Source: a virus
Reading direction: 5' to 3' (one strand)
Virus record (IMG/VR): IMGVR_UViG_3300034103_001442
Span: 87,741-151,740 of that record
DNA length: 64,000 nucleotides
This document shows, piece after piece, positions 27,151-33,991 of the stretch; the first letter of the stretch is position 1; each line of letters starts with the position of its first letter. The notes under the pieces are model-generated. The model did not search any database. It saw nothing but the letters and a program-made list of their open reading frames with translations, and was not told where the DNA came from. Both the position numbers and the translations under genes were made by a program.

Positions 27151-27155
27151 TAAAA

Positions 27156-27232
27156 TGGCGACTCGGATGGGACTTGAACCCACGACCTCATGCGTGACAG
27201 GCATGTGAACTAACCAACTGTTCTACCGAGCC
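27156..27232 (-). tRNA. tRNA-Asp(GTC)
   Basis: CATGC-CTGTCAC-GCATG, CCA. Confidence 0.92.
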
Positions 27233-27236
27233 AACT

Positions 27237-27313
27237 TGGTGGGACAAGATGGATTCGAACCATCGACCTCAGTCTTATCAGGACTGTGCGCTAACCAACT
27301 GTGCCATTGTCCC
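27237..27313 (-). tRNA. tRNA-Ile(GAT)
   Basis: CAGTC-CTGATAA-GACTG, CCA. Confidence 0.92.
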
Positions 27314-27319
27314 GAATAA

Positions 27320-27406
27320 TGGTGGGAAAGGAAGGATTCGAACCTACTCAGCCGATTGGCGACAGATTTACAGTCTGTTGTGACTCTCCAACTTCACCGC
27401 TTGCCC
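27320..27406 (-). tRNA. tRNA-Tyr(GTA)
   Basis: ACAGA-CTGTAAA-TCTGT, CCA. Confidence 0.92.
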
Positions 27407-27415
27407 ACATAAACT

Positions 27416-27489
27416 TGGCTGAGGCGCATGGATTCGAACCACGATAAGCAGGATCAAAACCTGCTGTCCTGCCGTTAGACGACGCCTCA
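27416..27489 (-). tRNA. tRNA-Gln(TTG)
   Basis: GCAGG-TTTTGAT-CCTGC, CCA. Confidence 0.92.
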
Positions 27490-27497
27490 AAAATAAA

Positions 27498-27717
27498 ATG
27501 CTTCCCCCTGCAGGCGGTTTTTGTCGTCCCACCACAAACACTTATGTGGTATCCGCATCCCAACACAGGGAGATTGTCGTATTGCCAACGCTGAACTTCA
27601 TCAGGGAGATCACTATGGGAATCCAACCCATTTCTCATCATGCGTGTCGCACTAGCCATTGGATTCATGGCACGTTATGATAGCCGACACGTACATTGCT
27701 GCAGAGGTGTCGGGCAT
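27498..27717 (-). ncRNA. putative 220-nt structured ncRNA between tRNA-Ala and tRNA-Gln
   Basis: Closing helices ATGC/GCAT and CCTCTGCAG/CTGCAGGGG; several hairpins; complementary loops. Confidence 0.65.
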
Positions 27718-27721
27718 ATTT

Positions 27722-27796
27722 TGGTGGAGGATGAGAGAATCGAACTCTCAACTCTGCGATGCAAACGCAGCGTGTTCCCATTAGCACTAATCCCCC
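27722..27796 (-). tRNA. tRNA-Ala(TGC)
   Basis: CTGCG-TTTGCAT-CGCAG, G3:U70, CCA. Confidence 0.92.
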
Positions 27797-27801
27797 AATA
27801 A

Positions 27802-27955
27802 GGTGTGGGCTACCATTTAAGGTTTGTTCTTAATCCTTACCCCCACACAGCAAGGTTGCGATCCGTTCTGCCTCATAATTCGATCAGTGCTACCGAAACG
27901 GATAAGCCCTTACACTGATAGGATGAACCCGACAGAGCGCGCCTGCAGGTCACCA
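27802..27955 (-). ncRNA. putative pseudoknotted ncRNA between tRNA-Asn and tRNA-Ala
   Basis: ATCAGTGT/GCACTGAT, TCTGTC/GGCAGA, ATCCGTT/AACGGAT, GTGTGGG/CCCACAC. Confidence 0.55.
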
Positions 27956-27958
27956 AGA

Positions 27959-28033
27959 TGGCTGGCGAGGATGGGATCGAACCATCGACAGGCTGATTAA
28001 CAGTCAGCTGATCTACCTCTGATCTACTCGCCA
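27959..28033 (-). tRNA. tRNA-Asn(GTT)
   Basis: GCTGA-CTGTTAA-TCAGC, CCA. Confidence 0.92.
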
Positions 28034-28045
28034 AAAAAATTAAAC

Positions 28046-28120
28046 TGGCTCCCCGATACGGACTCGAACCGCAACCAACAGTTTTGGAGACTGCGATGCT
28101 ACCAATTACACCATCGAGGA
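28046..28120 (-). tRNA. tRNA-Trp(CCA)
   Basis: GCAGT-CTCCAAA-ACTGT, CCA. Confidence 0.9.
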
Positions 28121-28132
28121 ACAATCACAATA

Positions 28133-28208
28133 TGGTGAGACCACTGGGACTCGAACCCAGAACTTACGAGTTAAAAGCACGTTACTCTACCAGTTGAGTT
28201 ATGGTCTC
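28133..28208 (-). tRNA. tRNA-Lys(TTT)
   Basis: ACGTG-CTTTTAA-CTCGT (one mismatch), CCA. Confidence 0.9.
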
Positions 28209-28222
28209 AAATTCATAATATA

Positions 28223-28297
28223 TGGTGAACCCAAGGGAATTCGAATCCCTATTCCATCCGTGAAAGGGATGTGTCCTAACCGTTAGACGATGGGTCC
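28223..28297 (-). tRNA. tRNA-Glu(TTC)
   Basis: CATCC-CTTTCAC-GGATG, CCA. Confidence 0.9.
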
Positions 28298-28303
28298 GCA
28301 AAA

Positions 28304-28385
28304 GGTGCTGGTTACTCATCCAGCGTCACAATGTGCTTCGGGGTGACAGTCTCCGCTGCTACGAACTTCTGATAGCAGTCAGGTT
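28304..28385 (-). ncRNA. putative three-hairpin small RNA between tRNA-Thr and tRNA-Glu
   Basis: CTGCTA/TAGCAG, GTCAC/GTGAC, GCTGG/CCAGC + ACC. Confidence 0.45.
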
Positions 28386-28389
28386 AAAT

Positions 28390-28465
28390 TGGTGCCTTCA
28401 GAGAGACTCGAACTCCCAACCTACTGATTACAAATCAGTTGCACTACCAATTGTGCTATGAAGGC
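28390..28465 (-). tRNA. tRNA-Thr(TGT)
   Basis: ACTGA-TTTGTAA-TCAGT, CCA. Confidence 0.92.
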
Positions 28466-28469
28466 AAAA

Positions 28470-28722
28470 CCTTGATACCTGCCCCAACTCCCGCAGATAT
28501 CGGTGGCTTCCCGCATACAAGTATGCATCGAAACCTTACCCAGTGTCCTATAATTTTAAACAACTTTTTGCCGCTTGGACAAAAATTCCTGCTTACCTAA
28601 TACAGGACGGTCTTTTCGTAACCGTGGCTCTCAACCGCCGAACTTCGCTATCGGTGCGCCTGTATGCGCTTATGATACAGGTCAAGTTGTTGGTGGGTAA
28701 GTAACCTTACCTCATCCAACAT
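28470..28722 (-). ncRNA. putative multi-hairpin ncRNA(s) forming the leader of the tRNA operon
   Basis: Seven or more short helices directly after promoter 28730-28761; no ORF in track. Confidence 0.55.
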
Positions 28723-28729
28723 AGAAAGA

Positions 28730-28761
28730 AGTATACATTAAGTCAGAAAATAAAAAAAGTG
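28730..28761 (-). promoter_or_regulatory. promoter of tRNA operon
   Basis: TTTTTT-ATTTTCTGACTTAATG-TATACT variant of the repeated motif. Confidence 0.65.
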
Positions 28762-28780
28762 TTTTTTAAAAAATTATTTA

Positions 28781-28963
28781 TTAAGAATAAACAAAAGTGA
28801 TGATAAGAGAAAACAAAACTGCAAACCCAAGAATGATGTAGATATCTCGCCGAGCAATCTTGTTATTTTTTAATTCATCCCAAGTCAACTTCGGCTTGAT
28901 TGGACACCCTTTGCTATAGCAACTCTGTTCCATTTCCTTGTTACAAACGTGACAAAATTTCAT
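28781..28963 (-). CDS. small Cys-rich protein with C-terminal TM
   Basis: Start MKFCHVC after GGAG SD. Confidence 0.5.
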   Translation of the reverse strand: MKFCHVCNKEMEQSCYSKGCPIKPKLTWDELKNNKIARRDIYIILGFAVLFSLIITFVYS

Positions 28964-29135
28964 AGTGACTCCACGTGCCACTTGTAAAGTAAGTTTTTCA
29001 AACGTTTGGGGAACATTTCCCAAGGAACATACCACTTACTCAAGCAAAACATCGCAATTCGACCTTTGATACTCATTTTACTCACCTACTAATAATTAAA
29101 CGATAGTAAGAGTATATTGAGTTCTTGAAATTAAG

Positions 29136-29537
29136 TCAAGGGGTCTTTTTTCTACCGATGTTGTACTTGGTTACCAGTTCCCAGTCATTTTTCTCTTTGT
29201 ACGGAAGGATCTTCACCTGACTCAATGGGACAACTGGTTCAGCAGTTTTGCTGGCATCAACAATCTTAACCAAACCCCACTCTTGGAGTAGGTTGGCAAT
29301 CGTGTTTCGACGACCTTGATCTGACTCAGAAAACTCTGTTGGCTTACCATCAAGCGCAAACAACTCTTTGAAATGAACGATGTAATACTTGCCTTGCTTA
29401 TGAAGGATGTGGCAAGATTGATAGAGTGTTTTTTCTTTTCTTGAGGCAACACCGATGCGTGTCAAAGTTTCACGGACTTTCAAGAAGTCATCTTCTGTCT
29501 TAAGTATGACCTCTACTAGTGATTCTACTGAACTCAT
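29136..29537 (-). CDS. regA: translational repressor RegA
   Basis: DDFLKVRETLTRIGVAS, LYQSCHILHKQGKYYIVHFKELF. Confidence 0.97.
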   Translation of the reverse strand: MSSVESLVEVILKTEDDFLKVRETLTRIGVASRKEKTLYQSCHILHKQGKYYIVHFKELFALDGKPTEFSESDQGRRNTIANLLQEWGLVKIVDASKTAEPVVPLSQVKILPYKEKNDWELVTKYNIGRKKTP

Positions 29538-29539
29538 TT

Positions 29540-29929
29540 TTATCCACCTTTGTCAAATTCTTTTAATTGTTGTAGTTGTTCAGGTGATAGAATTTGAATA
29601 GCAGATCTTGCCTTCTTCATGTTGTAACCATAACATCTGGCGACCGCTTCCAAATCACTGTCTTCCTTCTTCTTCGCCCATTTGCTATATCGCTTCTTGG
29701 GTCTAACAATATTTATTAAATACTGATACTGAAGTTTGTTATCCAAGTGATGGTTACCATTCATCACGTTAGCATACTGAATTGTATCGGGGAAGTAAGA
29801 CAAAGCACTGTTGATAAGCCACGCATTGTATGACTTTTCCGCAAGTTGATCGTTCTCAGTGCCTCGCATCAAATCTTTTTTACTAAAGTTGATGGAGTCT
29901 ACAAAATCAAATGGATTCATCTTTGCCAT
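29540..29929 (-). CDS. 62: clamp loader small subunit
   Basis: LSYFPDT...N..HLD..LQY.YL; synteny. Confidence 0.92.
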   Translation of the reverse strand: MAKMNPFDFVDSINFSKKDLMRGTENDQLAEKSYNAWLINSALSYFPDTIQYANVMNGNHHLDNKLQYQYLINIVRPKKRYSKWAKKKEDSDLEAVARCYGYNMKKARSAIQILSPEQLQQLKEFDKGG

Positions 29930-30104
29930 TTTTGTTCCTCAAAACTTCAGCAGACTTGTCGAAAAATTCAGCGCAAGGCTCACAAATTTCCAACTCAATC
30001 AAACCTTCTTGAACCTGCATTCGCAAAATAGAAAACTCTTCATTTGGTTTCTTTTTTGCATAACACATTTTGCATTTGCCTTTAGTGAGTATGTCAAAAA
30101 TCAT
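29907..30104 (-). CDS. small Zn-finger-like hypothetical protein
   Basis: CKMC...CEPC; between gp44 and gp62. Confidence 0.55.
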   Translation of the reverse strand: MIFDILTKGKCKMCYAKKKPNEEFSILRMQVQEGLIELEICEPCAEFFDKSAEVLRNKNGKDESI

Positions 30105-31033
30105 TTGAACTCACACTCAACCATGATCTCAGTCAAGCAAGCCATCAAGTTGATATCGGGATTTGCAACAAATGCATTTTGATACTGATAGCGAGCAATG
30201 ATAAGAACAAGTTGAGGGATGCTCTTTTTGTCTACATACTCTTCACACTTGTCAAACAAGTTACGGAAAAATTCATTTGGCTCAAAGTCAGCCTCGCCAA
30301 TCCACTTGCGTAAGTTGGTATAGTCTTTTTCTTTGAGGTATCCAACGAGTTTGGTAAGGTTGACATCCCGCATATTTGAAAGGATGCCAGTGTCGATTTT
30401 ACCAGTTGCTGAATAGCGTTGAAGTTCATTCAAAACTCTACGCCAATCAGGAAAATGCTTCTTGATTACCTCCGCAACAACTGCCTTTTCATATGGAACA
30501 CTCTCAGCGTTGAGGATGTCCATCACACGCTTCATGAACTGCTTGGCGAGTTCAGCCATATCACCCTTGTTGATTTTAAACTCAATGACCGAGCACCGTG
30601 ACTTCAGTGGGTCAATGATTTTGTCTTTAAAATTACAAGTGAGGATAAAACCACAGTTCTTTGAAAACTCCTCCATAAAATTACGGAGGGCTGGCTGGGT
30701 GTTGTTAGTTAGGTAGTCAGCCTCATCAAGGATGACATACTTGCGTCCACCACGGAGAGAAACTGATGAGGCAAACCTACTGATTTCATTACGCAATGTA
30801 TCAATGTTACCATTTAACGAACCGTTGATCACGATGTAATCGCAATCAAGCATTTCACACATTGCTTTAGCAACAGTAGTTTTACCTACACCAGCCCCAC
30901 CAGAGAGAAGTAAGTTTGGGATATTTTTTTGATCGACAAATTGCTGGAAAGTTACCTTGAGTTGTTCAGGTAAAATTGTATCAGCGATGGTCTTGGGGCG
31001 GTATTTTTCAACCCACAAAAAGTCAGTAAGCAT
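30101..31033 (-). CDS. 44: clamp loader large subunit (AAA+)
   Basis: LWVEKYRP, GGAGVGKT, LDEADYL, SRC. Confidence 0.97.
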   Translation of the reverse strand: MLTDFLWVEKYRPKTIADTILPEQLKVTFQQFVDQKNIPNLLLSGGAGVGKTTVAKAMCEMLDCDYIVINGSLNGNIDTLRNEISRFASSVSLRGGRKYVILDEADYLTNNTQPALRNFMEEFSKNCGFILTCNFKDKIIDPLKSRCSVIEFKINKGDMAELAKQFMKRVMDILNAESVPYEKAVVAEVIKKHFPDWRRVLNELQRYSATGKIDTGILSNMRDVNLTKLVGYLKEKDYTNLRKWIGEADFEPNEFFRNLFDKCEEYVDKKSIPQLVLIIARYQYQNAFVANPDINLMACLTEIMVECEFK

Positions 31034-31063
31034 TTTTCACCTCTATCATTATAAAATTAAAAA

Positions 31064-31393
31064 TCACTCAGTTACTATTCTACGCCACTTTCCATTAATC
31101 TTTAAATACATTTCACCGTCTGGTCCGACATTCATTCCAACATTAACATCCTTTCTTGTACCAGAAACATATCGTGGTTCACGTATGAACATATGGTTTG
31201 AAGGCGATGCTGGATCTGGAAGTCTTTGACCATAAGTTTGCTGGAATTGTATATTGGTCATGGTTTTGTCAAGTTTCTTTACACACTCTGTTTTTTCAGG
31301 ATCTGGCAAAACGGCTGCAGCGGCAACAATGCCGCCACCAGCCACGCCACCAGCAAGACCAAGATATTTGAAGAAATTACGTCTTGTTGTCAT
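31064..31393 (-). CDS. hypothetical protein with twin-arginine (Tat) signal
   Basis: MTTRRNFFKYLGLAGGVAGGGIVAAAA; GGAG SD. Confidence 0.7.
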   Translation of the reverse strand: MTTRRNFFKYLGLAGGVAGGGIVAAAAVLPDPEKTECVKKLDKTMTNIQFQQTYGQRLPDPASPSNHMFIREPRYVSGTRKDVNVGMNVGPDGEMYLKINGKWRRIVTE

Positions 31394-31550
31394 CGTTTTT
31401 TCTCCGCGACCATTCATTGTAACCAACCTCAGCACCCATGGAAATTAGAATACCATAAATGCCATAAGATGGTTCTAAATTTAAAAAGAAAGCAACCAGC
31501 GTGTAAACAGCAAAACCTAAAATCAGTGCCGCAAAAATAAGATCTTTCAT
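31377..31550 (-). CDS. small membrane protein (57 aa)
   Basis: Manual translation MKDLIFAALILGFAVYTLVAFFL...; GAGG SD. Confidence 0.5.
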   Translation of the reverse strand: MKDLIFAALILGFAVYTLVAFFLNLEPSYGIYGILISMGAEVGYNEWSRRKNDDNKT

Positions 31551-31564
31551 AATTGCCTCACAAT

Positions 31565-31588
31565 AAAAGAGGGGGAGTTGCCTCCCCC
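31565..31588 (-). terminator. terminator after gp45
   Basis: GGGGGAG-GCAA-CTCCCCC-TCTTTT. Confidence 0.75.
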
Positions 31589-31593
31589 ATCAA

Positions 31594-32253
31594 TTAACCC
31601 TGATAAGAGGATGAAGACTCAACAGCAATCCAGTACTCGACTTCCTTACCCTTAAAGTGTGACAAACCCTTCGATGAAATTGATACATCGTAGTCGCCAG
31701 CCATCACCTTGATATTTTCAGCGCGGAACACCATGCGGAAGTTCGCATTGGTTGTACCAACTTCAACGTTGAAAACGTCAGCAGTTGTACCCTTGACATC
31801 AACCGCCTGAAGATAGATTTTACCATTCTTGCCTGTGACGGCAATCTCAGGCAAACCTAGCACGCCAAGCGCACGTGTAGCCTTGGTCAACTTGGCTTCT
31901 GGCAAATGGAAATTAACTTCAGCATTTGAGAGATTAATTTCCTTTTCAGGTGCAGCAACGATCATAGAAGGATCAGTGAAAGTATACTCACACTGCTCTT
32001 CGCCATCACCCACAACAACGTGCTTCTCATTAAAGGTCAACTCTGGAGAGTCAAACTGAGAAACGACACCCAAGAAACGGGAAACGTCATAAATCGCAAA
32101 CTGCTGGGGGAAGTCTTGATTCAACATTGCCTTTGCCATCACAGTCTTTGACGGTGAAATGGTGCGGATAACGTTGCCAGGCTTTACAAGCACTGATTGA
32201 TTAATGGTTGCAAAATTCTTCAATACACTAACTGTCTTATCATCAAGTTTCAT
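31594..32253 (-). CDS. 45: sliding clamp
   Basis: LKNFATINQS, FAIYD..RFL, YWIAVE. Confidence 0.95.
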   Translation of the reverse strand: MKLDDKTVSVLKNFATINQSVLVKPGNVIRTISPSKTVMAKAMLNQDFPQQFAIYDVSRFLGVVSQFDSPELTFNEKHVVVGDGEEQCEYTFTDPSMIVAAPEKEINLSNAEVNFHLPEAKLTKATRALGVLGLPEIAVTGKNGKIYLQAVDVKGTTADVFNVEVGTTNANFRMVFRAENIKVMAGDYDVSISSKGLSHFKGKEVEYWIAVESSSSYQG

Positions 32254-32314
32254 AACAATCTCCTATAACAAACGAGTTATTAACTCTAACGCAAATCACA
32301 AATTAAGTCAAGGG

Positions 32315-33175
32315 TCACTTTTTCTTCTTTAACAAACTAGAATCAGCAGTTGCTGCTGCGCCAATTTGAGCAAGGTCAATGAGTGAACCGCCGAACACAT
32401 ACATACCAACGTGCTGGAGTTTCATCCATGGGCAAAGCCAAACATGCATTCCAGCCTTGCGTGACCACTGACAGAACATATAGTCCTCAGACAAGTAGCG
32501 ATTTGACTCCTCGCAAATTGGGGTGTCGAAAAATGCCATGATCTGACGAGTGCCATCAAAGTGCTCAGTGCGGATATGATCTGGGCGATACAATTGCTTT
32601 GGATATGCTTCCTGGAATTTTTCAAACGTCTTACGGCGAATCATCATGAAGCCAGTTCCCGCCTCAAGCACTTCAACTGGTTGCCCGAGTGGAATTTCGG
32701 TCTGACCGCCAACTGGGTTGAAAACGTAGTCACCAACGTACTTGTCAAGATCTGCTGGGTCTTTATCAGCAAATCCCTTATCAACTGCAACCTTAATCTT
32801 TTCCCAACTAATGCACTTCTTTGGGTATGGACCAGCGATGATGTCATACTTGTTATCAGGATCTTCATGATCAGACAACGCAAGAAGCGCAATGACATCG
32901 TTGGCATTAAATCCAATATCAGAGTCAATGAACATCAAGTGAGTATCACCACTGCGCATAAACTCATCAGCGCAATAGTTTCTCGCGCGAGTGATTAGTG
33001 ACTCATTGAACAAAAAGTAAAACCTTACCTGAATTCCATAGTGTGTACAAAGTGCTGAAAGGTCAGCAACTGACCTAGCAAACATACCACTACATTGACC
33101 GCCATACATTGGAACCGCAAGAAATAACTTACGCTTGCGGAGTTCTTCTACAGACACCTTAATATCAATTCCCAT
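32315..33175 (-). CDS. GT-A fold glycosyltransferase-like protein
   Basis: ESLITRARN, HLMFIDSDI (DxD), GTGFMMI, YLSEDY. Confidence 0.8.
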   Translation of the reverse strand: MGIDIKVSVEELRKRKLFLAVPMYGGQCSGMFARSVADLSALCTHYGIQVRFYFLFNESLITRARNYCADEFMRSGDTHLMFIDSDIGFNANDVIALLALSDHEDPDNKYDIIAGPYPKKCISWEKIKVAVDKGFADKDPADLDKYVGDYVFNPVGGQTEIPLGQPVEVLEAGTGFMMIRRKTFEKFQEAYPKQLYRPDHIRTEHFDGTRQIMAFFDTPICEESNRYLSEDYMFCQWSRKAGMHVWLCPWMKLQHVGMYVFGGSLIDLAQIGAAATADSSLLKKKK

Positions 33176-33449
33176 TTTTCATTGCCTCATCGTGAATATA
33201 AAGTTGAATAATTGAATAGTGAATAATCTTCAATAAGTCTTTTCGCCACTCTTCAGGTGTACCTTTTTTACCATAGCGTTGCGAATACTTTTGAATGTTG
33301 CCCATACAAAAACCAGTGCCGTGACCCGAGTCAATAATAAACTCAGTTGCCTGATATTTGTTTTGTGAGTAGTGTTGGGCGTAGGTGCTATTGACGTACT
33401 CTCGAATTTCATCGAGTGTTGCACCCTCATTGTATTTATAATCAGCCAT
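33165..33449 (-). CDS. DUF3310/SaV-like protein
   Basis: HY...GFCMGNIQKYSQRYGKK...DLLKIIHY. Confidence 0.8.
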   Translation of the reverse strand: MADYKYNEGATLDEIREYVNSTYAQHYSQNKYQATEFIIDSGHGTGFCMGNIQKYSQRYGKKGTPEEWRKDLLKIIHYSIIQLYIHDEAMKNGN

Positions 33450-33990
33450 TGACCACCTCTGTAATATACTTCATAATTTTATCTTGATCCTCAATGCTCT
33501 CATTATTGAAACGTTCAGTTACAAACTTCAACTCAAAGTTACCAAGTATGTTACTGATTTTACTTTCACGACCAGCAAGCCAAGTCTCATTTTGGTTTGA
33601 CCCACGCTCAGCATAACGAACCTTGCGAGTGTCAGACTTGGTTTGTAGGTAAACCATTTTGAGGTCAAACTTATTATTGCAATGCTCTAAAAAAGAAGCA
33701 GTACAAAGACGATCACCCTCAAAGAAAACAACGGAATCATTTGGCAGTGTGTCAAGAAACTTAATAGCCTCTGGCTGAACTGCCATGCTCATTCGGTCTG
33801 TTCCAGCAAACACTTCACCCTCTTCATACTTACCAAGGACGTATTTGTTCTCATGCTTATGATAGGGAACAAGTTTGAAATCTTCCTTGAGTGTGCCTTT
33901 AGCAAAACCGAGTTCACAAAGAACACGACGCATAAGAGTTGACTTGCCACTTCCTGGCTCGCCAAATATAGCAACAACTTTCATATTCAC
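33442..33990 (-). CDS. P-loop kinase, putative 5-hydroxymethyluracil-DNA kinase
   Basis: GEPGSGKST, GTDRMSMAVQP, FEGDRL; adjacent to aGPT-Pplase-like gene. Confidence 0.75.
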   Translation of the reverse strand: MNMKVVAIFGEPGSGKSTLMRRVLCELGFAKGTLKEDFKLVPYHKHENKYVLGKYEEGEVFAGTDRMSMAVQPEAIKFLDTLPNDSVVFFEGDRLCTASFLEHCNNKFDLKMVYLQTKSDTRKVRYAERGSNQNETWLAGRESKISNILGNFELKFVTERFNNESIEDQDKIMKYITEVVNG

Positions 33991-33991
33991 C

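Noticed and set aside
27590-27606. CTGATGA hammerhead-like core in the 220-nt RNA
   Set aside because: No correctly placed stem II-GAAA or cleavage triplet found; CTGA pairs locally with TCAG
26461-28124. Minus-strand ORFs 26461-26697, 27348-27668 and 27873-28124
   Set aside because: They run through tRNA genes and are chance frames
33433-33440. TATAAATA inside the DUF3310-like gene
   Set aside because: Within coding sequence (DYKY codons) and not positioned before a late gene; probably incidental
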